A stretch of DNA of 64,000 bases from Verrucomicrobiaceae bacterium (GCA_051252135.1 JBPOGH010000001.1:192001-256000), one strand, 5' to 3'. Positions 28,709-39,695 are shown, counted from the stretch's first letter. Numbers and translations: made by a program. The notes: generated from the letters alone by a model not told the origin.

Positions 28709-29995
28709 CTATAGCTCCTCGGGGGCAACCAGCTCCTCTACCGTTTGACGGCGACGGATCAACTTGCTTTGCGATCCATCGACGAGGACTTCAGCGGGCA
28801 GCGGGTGGGTATTGTAAGTCGAGGCCATGGTGAACCCATAAGCACCTGCTGACATTAGAGCGATCAGGTCACCGGGACCAAAAGGGGCCACGGCACGATC
28901 CTGACAAAAGAAGTCTCCCGTTTCGCAAATGGGCCCCACGACGTCCACCACCTGCGCTTCGCCGGAGGATTCGGTAATCGGGTTGATCTCGTGATACCCT
29001 TCATAGAGCGCGGGGCGGATCAGTTGATGCATTCCTGAATCGACGATCTTGAAGGTCTTGGCGGACCCCTTTTTTTCGTAGAGGCAGCGTGTAACAAGAA
29101 CTCCGGCGTTTCCTGCAATGAAACGTCCTGGTTCGAGGAGGATTTTGAGCCCCAGGTCTTTGAGGACAGGGACGATGCTTGTCGCGTATTCTGTTGGGGT
29201 GAGAGGGCGGGTCCCGGGGTCGTGGTTTTCCCACCAGCCAGGATCGCCGGAAGCAAGGGCAGGGTCATAGACAATGCCAATTCCTCCGCCGATGGAGAAA
29301 AATTCGATCCCGTAACGATCTTTCAACTTGGACGCAAGGGGAGCTACTTTCCCAACCGCTTCGTGAAACGGGGAGACAGAGGTGAGTTGCGATCCGATGT
29401 GCATCTGAAGGCCGCGAAGCTTCACGTTGGGTAACGTTGAAGCACGTGCGTATGCGTCTTCGATGAGGGCGAAGTCGATGCCGAATTTGTTCTCCGATTT
29501 GCCGGTGGAAATGTATTTGTGGGTCTTCGCGTCAACGTTTGGATTCACGCGGAAAGCGATGGGGGCGATCACTCCGAGTTCACCTGCGACCTGATTGATG
29601 AACACCGCTTCTTCCTCGGATTCCACGTTGAGGGAGTAGATTCCGTTGTTGAGGGCGTATTCGATTTCGCTGCGCGTTTTCCCGACACCTGCGAAAGTGC
29701 ATTTGCCGGGATCTCCACCTGCTTTGATGACCCGGTAGAGTTCCCCCCCGGAGACGATATCGAATCCAGACCCCATTTCGGCGAGAACGCGCAGGATCGA
29801 GAGGTTGGAGTTGGCCTTTACGGCGTAGGCTATTTCGTGATCAAGACCATCGAGAGCAAGGTCAAGCTTCCGGTAGTGTTCCCGAAAGGTGTTGGCCGAG
29901 TAGACGTAGAGCGGAGTTCCGTGTTCTTCGGCGAGAGACTGAAGGGAGACATCCTCGCAATGGAGCGAACCTGAAGTGTATTGAAAAGAGTGCAT
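28709..29995 (-). CDS. lysA: diaminopimelate decarboxylase
   Basis: YGTP-like HGTPLYVY, YAVKAN, HIGSQ, EPGR, GPICETGD, GAYG; start set at ATG 29995. Confidence 0.96.
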   Translation of the reverse strand: MHSFQYTSGSLHCEDVSLQSLAEEHGTPLYVYSANTFREHYRKLDLALDGLDHEIAYAVKANSNLSILRVLAEMGSGFDIVSGGELYRVIKAGGDPGKCTFAGVGKTRSEIEYALNNGIYSLNVESEEEAVFINQVAGELGVIAPIAFRVNPNVDAKTHKYISTGKSENKFGIDFALIEDAYARASTLPNVKLRGLQMHIGSQLTSVSPFHEAVGKVAPLASKLKDRYGIEFFSIGGGIGIVYDPALASGDPGWWENHDPGTRPLTPTEYATSIVPVLKDLGLKILLEPGRFIAGNAGVLVTRCLYEKKGSAKTFKIVDSGMHQLIRPALYEGYHEINPITESSGEAQVVDVVGPICETGDFFCQDRAVAPFGPGDLIALMSAGAYGFTMASTYNTHPLPAEVLVDGSQSKLIRRRQTVEELVAPEEL

Positions 29996-30079
29996 GGACG
30001 GCGGGACACATCGTCGTTCCGGAGACCGGACTGTCAAGAATTGGAGAAAAAATGAGCAATTTGCCCGGTCGGGGGTCTC

Positions 30080-30865
30080 ATGGTAAAGATGCAAGCGGTG
30101 AACGCTATTGAGCAAAAAAGAAGATGGGTCATGTTAACCCGGCCCGGTTGGAATGTTCCAACGGTGGGGAGCCTGATTCTTATTCTGGCACACGTTCTGG
30201 TGGTGGCAACCGGTGGTGTGACATCTGAGGCGGAGGGGCTTCGTGATCTTTATTTGGAGTGGGGGTTATCGTGGCCTGGAATTCAGTCGGGTAGATTTGG
30301 ACAAATTCTAACCCATAGTTTTTTGCACGGAGATTGGTCCCATGTGCTGGTGAATGCCGCGTTGTTTTTCTACACAAGTGCGCGGATTGGGCACGTGCTT
30401 CGGCCATCGCGCGTCGTGATCTTATTTGCGGCTTGCAGCCTCATCAGCGGGCTTGCCCACCTATTGAGTCAGGCACTTATCCCCGGTTTGGGAAATGATC
30501 TCCTCGTGGGGGCTTCCGGCGGGGTGATGGGAATGTTTTTGGCGGTAACCGTGATTCATCCGGATTCGAAGATGATGCTCCTACCGGTGTCGGGCCGAAA
30601 TATTGGCAAGGGTTTTTTGATTGCCAGTGCTTTGCTTTTTCTGATGGATCCGAGATTGGAAATTCCTCTGTTCGGGATTGTCGGAGAATGGGTGATCAGT
30701 GCTGTGGGGAAGGAGATTTTCGCAATCGGTCATCTCGTCCATTTCTCGGGAGGCTTGGTGGGTATTTTACTTGTGGGGCGGCTTTTGCCTCGATTGGTAA
30801 CGCTGGAAGAGCTCAGGGAAGAGCGGGCTGCAAAAGAGGGGAGCCTGACAGTTGACGCTGTTTAG
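30080..30865 (+). CDS. rhomboid-family intramembrane serine protease
   Basis: FLHG...H...N, GASGG, H..H.GG..G. Confidence 0.88.
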   Translation: MVKMQAVNAIEQKRRWVMLTRPGWNVPTVGSLILILAHVLVVATGGVTSEAEGLRDLYLEWGLSWPGIQSGRFGQILTHSFLHGDWSHVLVNAALFFYTSARIGHVLRPSRVVILFAACSLISGLAHLLSQALIPGLGNDLLVGASGGVMGMFLAVTVIHPDSKMMLLPVSGRNIGKGFLIASALLFLMDPRLEIPLFGIVGEWVISAVGKEIFAIGHLVHFSGGLVGILLVGRLLPRLVTLEELREERAAKEGSLTVDAV

Positions 30866-30891
30866 CCGGCCTGATTGACTCAAGCCGTTTT

Positions 30892-31896
30892 ATGGCACAA
30901 CAGACAGTTTTGGTCACCGGAGGAGCAGGATATATCGGCTCCCACACCGTTCGTTTACTTCAAGCAGAAGGATACAAAGTCATCGTCCTGGACAATTTGG
31001 TATATGGGCACCGCGATGCCATTGTTGATGATGATGTTGAGCTTGTCATTGGGGACGTCGGTAACCGCGAATTGTTGGAGGGGCTTTTTGAAAAGTACGG
31101 TTTTAAGGCGGTGATTCATTTTGCGGCCTATACCTATGTTGGTGAATCGGTTACCTCGCCGCTAAAATTCTACCGGAACAATACAGGCGAACCGGTGATC
31201 CTCCTTGAGGTCATGGAAAAGTTCGGCTGCAAGGCTTTCGTATTCTCCTCGACCTGTGCGACTTACGGGGAGCCACAGAAACTTCCACTTACCGAGGATC
31301 ATCCGCAGGATCCGGTGAGTCCCTACGGACGGAGCAAATTGATGGTGGAATGGATATTGTCAGATTGTGACGTTGCCTTCGGACTGAAAAGCGCCTCGCT
31401 TCGGTATTTCAATGCGAGCGGGGGCTCTCTTGATGGGAAGATTGGTGAAGATCATCGACCCGAGAGTCACCTCATCCCCTTGGTACTAATGGCCATTACC
31501 GGTGAATTGGAAAACATCAGTGTGTTTGGCACCGATTATCCGACCGAGGATGGGACGTGTATCCGTGACTACATTCACGTGGAGGATCTGGCTTCAGCCC
31601 ACCTTGCCGCTGTAAGGCACTTGGTTGGCGGGGGAGAGAGCATCCAATGCAATCTGGGTACCGGGGTCGGTATTTCGGTTAAAGAGATTATTGATGTCGC
31701 CGAAGAGGTGACAGGGAAAAAGGTTCCGGTGGTTTACGGGCCGCGACGCGCGGGAGATGCGGCAAGACTGGTTGCAGATCCTAAAATGGCCAAAGACCTC
31801 TTGGGTTGGGAAGCCAGTCACAAAGATGTGAAAACGATGGTTGAGTCGGCCTGGAAATGGATTTCCGGTCCACAGAAGGGGCGTTTTGATCGGTAG
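30892..31896 (+). CDS. galE: UDP-glucose 4-epimerase
   Basis: TGGAGYIGSH, HFAA, FSST, YGRSK, LRYFN, DGTCIRDYIHV. Confidence 0.96.
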   Translation: MAQQTVLVTGGAGYIGSHTVRLLQAEGYKVIVLDNLVYGHRDAIVDDDVELVIGDVGNRELLEGLFEKYGFKAVIHFAAYTYVGESVTSPLKFYRNNTGEPVILLEVMEKFGCKAFVFSSTCATYGEPQKLPLTEDHPQDPVSPYGRSKLMVEWILSDCDVAFGLKSASLRYFNASGGSLDGKIGEDHRPESHLIPLVLMAITGELENISVFGTDYPTEDGTCIRDYIHVEDLASAHLAAVRHLVGGGESIQCNLGTGVGISVKEIIDVAEEVTGKKVPVVYGPRRAGDAARLVADPKMAKDLLGWEASHKDVKTMVESAWKWISGPQKGRFDR

Positions 31897-31972
31897 GGAG
31901 AGTTGGATTTACAGTGTAACTACATTTTTTTTCTTGATGAATGCTTCCCAAGAGGCGATTAATTCTTAACAC

Positions 31973-32656
31973 ATGGTGAGTATGAGAACGCGGAATAGAC
32001 AATCTTCGGCAGGTTTCAGTCTGGTGGAACTGTTAACCGTAATGGCGATCATCGCCATTTTGCTTTCGGTTGCCTCTGTTGGTATCCAACGGATGGGCGA
32101 ATCCCAGGGAGTCACGTCCGGACTGGCCGTTGCTGAAGGGGTGTTTGCGCAAGCTCAACGTCTGGCCCGAAGCAACGGGACCTCTGCGCGGGTCGTCATT
32201 CATTCGGAATTGGACGATAGTGTCGAAGAATCGCGCCGCAGGTATCGCCGCCTCCTCCAAGTGGTATACAAGAAGGTTGATCCGGTCACCGGAGAACCTG
32301 AGAATTCGTGGACGCTGGCCGGGCAACCCAGTACCTTACCCGATCAGGTTTTCTATAGCCCGGAGCTCAGCCGCACTCAAATTGAAGGAGGTTCCGAGAT
32401 TGCCAGGGAGCAGCATCAGCTTTCCAGGGACGAAGCAGACACGGCCGAGTGTTACTATTACGAGTTTAACTCACAAGGACTCTGCACGACTCCCGGAGCA
32501 TCCTTTATTGTTGAAAGCGGACCTCGCCCACGGGGCTCCGAGCGCCCCATCCTTGGAAAGACACGCAACATCGGCGGCTTCATCCTCTGGAGAAGCGGTG
32601 GCACCTCGCGGATTGCCGATCTGGCCCGAATCGAAGAAATGAGTACCGTCCAATAA
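31973..32656 (+). CDS. prepilin-type N-terminal cleavage/methylation protein (pseudopilin)
   Basis: AG|FSLVELL class III signal with Glu5. Confidence 0.88.
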   Translation: MVSMRTRNRQSSAGFSLVELLTVMAIIAILLSVASVGIQRMGESQGVTSGLAVAEGVFAQAQRLARSNGTSARVVIHSELDDSVEESRRRYRRLLQVVYKKVDPVTGEPENSWTLAGQPSTLPDQVFYSPELSRTQIEGGSEIAREQHQLSRDEADTAECYYYEFNSQGLCTTPGASFIVESGPRPRGSERPILGKTRNIGGFILWRSGGTSRIADLARIEEMSTVQ

Positions 32657-32659
32657 GCA

Positions 32660-33382
32660 ATGAACATGACTCCAATTAAGCAGAAATCAGTAAAACGCGG
32701 ATTCACCCTGGCAGAATCCGTCATCGCACTGGGTATCCTGGTTGTTCTTATCACGGGATTCCTGGCGGTGTTTGGTCCTGCGGCAACCGCGATCCGTAAA
32801 ACTCTCTCAGCGCAAGAAGCCAGCCGATTGCAGGCGTCTCTGGAGCAGGAGCTTTCGAACCTGCGTCCCGGTGTCCAGACAAAGCAGTACAAGGACTCTT
32901 TTGAAAAAGCCTTTGAGTGGATTTCCCGTTCCCATGAACAGGGTAATACCATTCTGATCTACAACTACCGGGCTGACCCTGCCGAGACGCGGGATGATGG
33001 CTCATTCCAGCCAGAAGATGATGTTAATGGGGTAGCTGGCGAGGACTATTTGATTCAGTCAATGGTTCGCCGCATCAACGATCCGCTGCTGGAGGAGGAT
33101 TTCGAAGCAATCGTAGGGCGTGTGTTTTTTGTGAAGCTCACCCAATTGATCTTCAAGGACGAAGCGCTTCAAGTGGCCGAGGAAGAGGGAACAATCGTCG
33201 ATCCCTTTTCAGGGGATGGGGATTTCACGACCACCTCTTCGGAGTTTCCGAGTGCCAGTATTTTGGTGGAAGCTCAATTTTTCACCCTTCCAACCCGGTC
33301 ATTTGCTTACGTGACAGGGCCGTTTGACCCTGAAAACTTCACCCGTCCGATTTTCCGGAGAAACCTCGGCCTTCTGCGATAA
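32660..33382 (+). CDS. prepilin-type N-terminal cleavage/methylation protein (pseudopilin)
   Basis: RG|FTLAESVIA class III signal. Confidence 0.85.
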   Translation: MNMTPIKQKSVKRGFTLAESVIALGILVVLITGFLAVFGPAATAIRKTLSAQEASRLQASLEQELSNLRPGVQTKQYKDSFEKAFEWISRSHEQGNTILIYNYRADPAETRDDGSFQPEDDVNGVAGEDYLIQSMVRRINDPLLEEDFEAIVGRVFFVKLTQLIFKDEALQVAEEEGTIVDPFSGDGDFTTTSSEFPSASILVEAQFFTLPTRSFAYVTGPFDPENFTRPIFRRNLGLLR

Positions 33383-33405
33383 GCCAATTGATATCCCGCT
33401 GCGAA

Positions 33406-34320
33406 ATGAAAATTCTCTCAAAGAACCAATTTAGGAAAGGCTTCACCTTGGTCGAGCTGTTGGTGGCCATGGCAATCACCGTGATTCTGGTTTCCCTGGT
33501 TGTCGTTATTACCGGAAGTGCTCTCGACGCGTGGCGTGCAGCCAGAAATGAAATTCGGGCATCGCACCAGGCGAAAATCATGCTCGATGCCCTCGGGAAG
33601 GATTTGGAGTCCTTGGTGGTGCGTAAGAACAACAATTACGAGTGGTTGTATGTCACCAGCGAAACGACCGAGATCGGTCCAGTGGGACAACCGAGCCCCA
33701 ACGCGGCAACGCTTGTTTTCCTGACCTCGGCAACAGATCGATACGATGGTAATCTGGGTGTTAACGGTGATGACGAAGGTGGAGACATCTCAGCCGTGGG
33801 ATATCATCTGGAGTTCCGCGACCCGATTTTCGATGATCAGGATGAGCGTTATTCGACATTCGTTCTCTACCGAAATCTGATCAATCCGGATCAAGCTTTC
33901 CAGGGGCTTCTCGCAGCTGAAGATTTGGAGCAGGCCTACAGTGCTGCCTCTGCCGGCCGGACAGAGCAACGCAATTTCATGTGCGAGAACATCTACCAAA
34001 TCAGCGTGATTTTCAACGTAGAGTATGTGGATGAAAGTGATGAAAAAGTCACTGTCCGTGTTCCCGTGATGTCTTCCGGAACCGGAGCCAATGCCGTGAG
34101 TCAGTTCAGCATCACGGGAGATGGAATCCGGACAGATAATTCGACTCCGCGATATTCCGACGGTCGGGTGGTTTCGGTTGATCTGGGGATCACCGTTCTT
34201 TCTGATACCGGCATGAGAACCTTACGGACAAGGACTTTCAATGATGTTGAGCAGAAGGCTAAATTTCTGACGGAGAACAGCTATCCCTACACAAAGCGGA
34301 TCGTCATCCCTCAACCTTAA
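33406..34320 (+). CDS. prepilin-type N-terminal cleavage/methylation protein (GspJ/PilW-like)
   Basis: KG|FTLVELLVAMAI class III signal; GDISAVGY motif. Confidence 0.88.
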   Translation: MKILSKNQFRKGFTLVELLVAMAITVILVSLVVVITGSALDAWRAARNEIRASHQAKIMLDALGKDLESLVVRKNNNYEWLYVTSETTEIGPVGQPSPNAATLVFLTSATDRYDGNLGVNGDDEGGDISAVGYHLEFRDPIFDDQDERYSTFVLYRNLINPDQAFQGLLAAEDLEQAYSAASAGRTEQRNFMCENIYQISVIFNVEYVDESDEKVTVRVPVMSSGTGANAVSQFSITGDGIRTDNSTPRYSDGRVVSVDLGITVLSDTGMRTLRTRTFNDVEQKAKFLTENSYPYTKRIVIPQP

Positions 34321-34387
34321 TTTTTTTTCAAACAAGTCTTGCCAAGAGGTAGGGGGGGACATAAACGCTCCCCCGTCAGATCGTGAA

Positions 34388-34475
34388 GCGCGGGTGGCGG
34401 AATTGGTAGACGCGCTAGACTAAGGATCTAGTGTCCGTTTAGGACGTGGGGGTTCGATTCCCCCCTCGCGCACCA
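34388..34475 (+). tRNA. tRNA-Leu, anticodon AAG
   Basis: acceptor GCGCGGG/CTCGCGC-A-CCA, D arm GGCGGAATTGGTAGACGC, anticodon stem CTAGA/TCTAG with loop CT-AAG-GA, long variable arm, T arm GGGGG-TTCGATT-CCCCC. Confidence 0.93.
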
Positions 34476-34486
34476 TCTGACTGGTA

Positions 34487-34523
34487 AGCTCAAAAAGCCC
34501 CCCTCCAGGGGGCTTTTGAGTTT
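34487..34523 (+). terminator. terminator-like hairpin between the two tRNAs
   Basis: CTCAAAAAGCCCCC...GGGGGCTTTTGAG followed by TTT. Confidence 0.6.
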
Positions 34524-34544
34524 AAGCCATTCAGGGTAACGTAG

Positions 34545-34619
34545 GGTCGGTTAGCTCAGTGGTAGAGCGCTTGCTTCACACGCAAGATGTCACTGGTTCA
34601 AATCCAGTACCGACCACCA
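34545..34619 (+). tRNA. tRNA-Val, anticodon CAC
   Basis: acceptor GGTCGGT/ACCGACC-A-CCA, anticodon stem CTTGC/GCAAG with loop TT-CAC-AC, T loop TTCAAAT. Confidence 0.95.
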
Positions 34620-34725
34620 TCCCTCTCGGCCAACCATCACGAGGGTCAAATCGGAGCAAATTCGCCTTTTCCGCCCTTTTTGCAGACAAAAAACACTGGT
34701 TGAGGTATTTTCCTAGGTAAGAAAG

Positions 34726-35256
34726 ATGTCTTCCAAGGATCGTCGTGGCAAAGAGTGGAAAGAATGGCTGGGTGAAAACGCCCCCAGACTTCTGGCTTAT
34801 GCGCGTCAACGATGCGGCAACCAGCAAGAAGCTGAAGACATTCTTCAAGACACTCTCGTAAAGCTGTGGGATTATCAGGAGGAGCGCGATCATCGTGCTC
34901 CCGATCTTCCTCTCGCATTTTCAGTGATGCGATTTTTGGGAATGGATCACGGAAGAAAGACCGGGAGGCGACAAAGGCGGGACGAGAAGATTATTCAGTT
35001 TCAAACCGGTGAAGACCTCTGGCTGGATACTCCCGCGGAGGAGAATGAGGAAGCGGAGATCCTGCGTTCAGCGGTAGGCGCACTCCCCGAGAAACTTCGG
35101 GAAGTCCTCACCTTGAAAATATGGGGGGGGCTCACTTTTGCGGAGATCGCCGAAGTCTTGACGCTTTCCAACAATACGGCGGCCTCCCGTTATCGCTATG
35201 CCCTTGAGCAACTTAAGAAGAAGCTAAATCACCTGAAAACATCGAGTCATGGATAA
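34726..35256 (+). CDS. ECF sigma-70 factor
   Basis: AEDILQD, LPEKLREV..LKIWGGLTFAEIA..L..S.NT.ASRYRYAL. Confidence 0.9.
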   Translation: MSSKDRRGKEWKEWLGENAPRLLAYARQRCGNQQEAEDILQDTLVKLWDYQEERDHRAPDLPLAFSVMRFLGMDHGRKTGRRQRRDEKIIQFQTGEDLWLDTPAEENEEAEILRSAVGALPEKLREVLTLKIWGGLTFAEIAEVLTLSNNTAASRYRYALEQLKKKLNHLKTSSHG

Positions 35257-35731
35257 AGAACTGATAGAACTGGAATCACGCTTATCTGAGCTCACTCCTA
35301 GGGGCCTCAGTGACGAGGGGTTGTCCCGGTGCGAGGCTCAGATCGATGATCTCTCACGTGTCGCAACGGGAGGATCTCATTCCCTTATTGGAGTCCCTTG
35401 GAGAATCATGGGGGCGGCTGCAGCGATTATGTTGGGTGTCGGGATTTTTTCAGGATGGTGGTTGGGTCATGAGGAGGGTGGATCCGTGGCGGGTAGCCAA
35501 TCACAAGGAGCTGATTTTTTTCCTCCAGCCTTTGAAGTGCTCGGTGAGCGTTCCTGGAGTCAGGTGGATCCGGAGTCGCAGATTTTTGTCTCAGACTCGG
35601 GGGAGGTGTTGGAGAGACGCACAGAAGTTGATGTTTCCGAAGAGACGGTATTGCATCGTGATTCAGGGAAGTTGGTTACTGTGCGCGTGACGACCCGGCA
35701 ACCTGTCGATATTGCTACTGATCAATTTTGA
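35249..35731 (+). CDS. putative membrane-anchored anti-sigma factor
   Basis: overlaps the ECF gene end; ELE..L..L.P N-terminus, single TM (W...AAAA). Confidence 0.65.
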   Translation: MDKELIELESRLSELTPRGLSDEGLSRCEAQIDDLSRVATGGSHSLIGVPWRIMGAAAAIMLGVGIFSGWWLGHEEGGSVAGSQSQGADFFPPAFEVLGERSWSQVDPESQIFVSDSGEVLERRTEVDVSEETVLHRDSGKLVTVRVTTRQPVDIATDQF

Positions 35732-35735
35732 TCCC

Positions 35736-36434
35736 ATGAGAATCATTCTGTTTCATCTGTTGGTCGGGGTGCTTTGCATTTCCGGTCTCTCTGCGGCGCC
35801 TGACAAAGGGTTGCCGTGGTTGGGTGCGCGGATTGATCATTTGAAAGGGGAAGTGGAGAGACCTGCTGTAATGGGAGGCTACGGAGGGCTTGTGATTGCA
35901 GGAGTGATTCCGGGCAGCCCGATTGCTTCATCAGGAGGGGAAAAGGGAGACATTTTGTGGAAGCTTGATGATCAGATACTGATCAATGTCAGCCAATTTG
36001 TGACTTTACTGAAAATGAAGGAGCCGGGTGCGGTTGTTAAATTTACGGCATTTCGGGAGGGGAAAGAGAGAAATCTCGACGTCACTCTGGGGGTCCGGCC
36101 TCCATGCAATGGCAGTCATCACGGCGCCAAACATGGTAGGGGCTGGGGGTGGCATCGTGCCAAGACGGAAGAAGTTGCTGAAATGACTGATGCCGGGGTT
36201 CACTACATTCTCAAAGAAACGGATTCGGGTCTTCACCTTACGGTATCGCAAAAGGACACGAAGTTGTTTTCAGGGATCATAGACGGTGCCGGGGCTGATG
36301 CCGAGGTGGAGCCAAGGTGGCAGGGAGCCGTCCTTATTCTCAGGCAGGCGCTGGCTTCCCACTCCCACCAGAAACGACAGGAGAAGTCCAAAAGAGTGCG
36401 TTCAACCCCTCCAAAAGGCAGCGAATCACGTTGA
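35736..36434 (+). CDS. secreted PDZ-domain protein
   Basis: signal peptide; PWLG, V.PGSP, GD.LWKLD.Q.L, R.G......VTLG. Confidence 0.8.
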   Translation: MRIILFHLLVGVLCISGLSAAPDKGLPWLGARIDHLKGEVERPAVMGGYGGLVIAGVIPGSPIASSGGEKGDILWKLDDQILINVSQFVTLLKMKEPGAVVKFTAFREGKERNLDVTLGVRPPCNGSHHGAKHGRGWGWHRAKTEEVAEMTDAGVHYILKETDSGLHLTVSQKDTKLFSGIIDGAGADAEVEPRWQGAVLILRQALASHSHQKRQEKSKRVRSTPPKGSESR

Positions 36435-36514
36435 CGCGGGGTGTTGAAAGGTTAGGGTGCAGGTTTCGCTTATCAGTTCTTGCTATTTGCTAATTCGGCC
36501 CACAGGCTAGCGCC

Positions 36515-38350
36515 ATGCATCCGGATGTGGCGAAGTTAGTGGAAGCGGGCCGAATTAGTGAGGCCGTTGGAGAAAAACTTTCTGAAATTGCACCGGGGAA
36601 ATACCGGATGCACAAAGGTTTCGGAGGGGGGTTGGTGAAAGAATGGGACCTTTTCACGGGCAAAGTGGTCATCGATTTCGCAAAGGCACCAGGGAAGGAA
36701 ATGGGGCTGAAGTTGGCGTTGGAAAAGACCGAGGCACTTGAAGATGACGATCTGCGAGCTCAAAAAGTGAGCCAAATCGGGGAGTTGAAAGGACTGGCCG
36801 AGAATAACGCTGTCGAGTTGGTGTGCCTCACCCTGCAATCCAGAGAGGGTAGAATGACCCTTGATCAACTCGATGCTGAGTTGATGGGAAGTGTCATTGA
36901 TGAAGAAATTTACAAGAAATGGTGGGAGAAGACCAAGAAGCAGCTTCGCGAGAGCAAGCGTGTCTCGGTTCCCACCAAGCGCACCGATTACCTGGTGCTC
37001 CGCGATGAGTCAGCGAGCCCCGGTGAGGCGCTTGTTGAGGAGCTTGAACAAGCCCGTAGTCCAAAAGCTAGAGTTAAGGCACTGGAGACTATTCAGCGTG
37101 AAGCTCCATTGATTGCTGCTGGTGATGGGTTGCTTGAAAAGGTTTACGAGATCGTGAACGACGCAATTCTGAAGCTGGTCAAATTGTCGCCCGCGCAAGC
37201 GCTTGAGCTGGCAGCGCTTCGTGACGAGCTTTCCGATGAGACCGAGTCGAAGGATCGGGTCGGCGAAGGAGCTCCTACCATTGCGGAGGTGCTTCAAGTG
37301 GCGGAAGGTACGCTTTCCGATGATCTGGGGCAGGTGGCAGCAGCCCGTCTTAAGCGTATTCTTGAGGCGTTCCCACAGGCTTTTGATAAAGATTGGGTAA
37401 GCAATATTTTGCGGGTTTTTGATCGTATTTCATCCCGTGGAGTTTCTGAAATTGCCAAACTTCTTGTTGAGAAGGAGGAAACGGAAAAATTTTACGAGCA
37501 CATCAAGATTTCGCTTTCCCGTCATGCCTTGGGGGCCGACGCGCTGGCTTGGATCAGTCGGGAGCGCAAGAAAGCGGCTGAGCCCGTCTTTGATGGTTCG
37601 GTTGGCTCGGTCATTTTGACTGTCCTTGAACAGGATTCATTGGACGATGGCCCGAGAAAGGCCGGTCGCCTCGCCAACCTTCTCCTCGATGATAAGGAGT
37701 TGGTCGGGGATCTCCTGTCTACTCTGGAAGTCAACGATGTGCGCAATTTTGCACGGAAGCTTCTTGCCAGCCCGGCCTTTCCGGACCTTGACAGGAAGTC
37801 GTTAATGGCCCGAGTGATTAAAGCCGTTCCATCCACTCAGGATATGGTGACCGGCGAATCGACGACGAAGCAAGATGACACGCTCCTCGTTTCCTGGGAA
37901 AGCCTCGATCGTCGCAAAGCCGAGTACGAGGATCTCGTCAACAATCGGATTCCTGCCAATGTGAAGGAAATTTCGGTTGCCCGGGCGCACGGAGACCTCC
38001 GCGAGAACTTTGAGTATCATGCTGCGAAGCAGATGCAGGTGGTTCTCAATACCAGAAAGAATGATCTTGAGCGTGACCTCGAGCGCGCCCGTCCAACAGA
38101 TTTCAAGGGTGCCGATACCAATTCGGTAAACATCGGGACCAAAGTTGTATTGTCGGTCGAAGGCAGAGGTGACATCGAATACACGATGTTGGGTGCCTGG
38201 GATGCCAATCCCGAAGAGTCTGTTCTTTCTTACCTCTCCGTCATGGGGCAGGCCCTCCTTGGAAAAGGAGTGGGGGAGTCCGCTCAAGTTCCCGATCCCG
38301 ATACCGAAGAGAAAATGAAGGTCACGGTTAAGTCGATCTCCAGTCTCTAA
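36515..38350 (+). CDS. greA: GreA/GreB-family elongation factor with long N-terminal extension
   Basis: C-terminal ARAHGDLRENFEYHAAK, V..GT.V, SYLS..GQALLG. Confidence 0.85.
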   Translation: MHPDVAKLVEAGRISEAVGEKLSEIAPGKYRMHKGFGGGLVKEWDLFTGKVVIDFAKAPGKEMGLKLALEKTEALEDDDLRAQKVSQIGELKGLAENNAVELVCLTLQSREGRMTLDQLDAELMGSVIDEEIYKKWWEKTKKQLRESKRVSVPTKRTDYLVLRDESASPGEALVEELEQARSPKARVKALETIQREAPLIAAGDGLLEKVYEIVNDAILKLVKLSPAQALELAALRDELSDETESKDRVGEGAPTIAEVLQVAEGTLSDDLGQVAAARLKRILEAFPQAFDKDWVSNILRVFDRISSRGVSEIAKLLVEKEETEKFYEHIKISLSRHALGADALAWISRERKKAAEPVFDGSVGSVILTVLEQDSLDDGPRKAGRLANLLLDDKELVGDLLSTLEVNDVRNFARKLLASPAFPDLDRKSLMARVIKAVPSTQDMVTGESTTKQDDTLLVSWESLDRRKAEYEDLVNNRIPANVKEISVARAHGDLRENFEYHAAKQMQVVLNTRKNDLERDLERARPTDFKGADTNSVNIGTKVVLSVEGRGDIEYTMLGAWDANPEESVLSYLSVMGQALLGKGVGESAQVPDPDTEEKMKVTVKSISSL

Positions 38351-39670
<1,320 letters not shown>

Positions 39671-39695
39671 ATATTCCTGAGCAGGATTTTAAGCG

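Noticed and set aside
34420..34426. Reading the tRNA as Leu(TAA)
   Set aside because: TAA would be off-centre; the 5-bp stem, U33 and G37 fix the anticodon as AAG.
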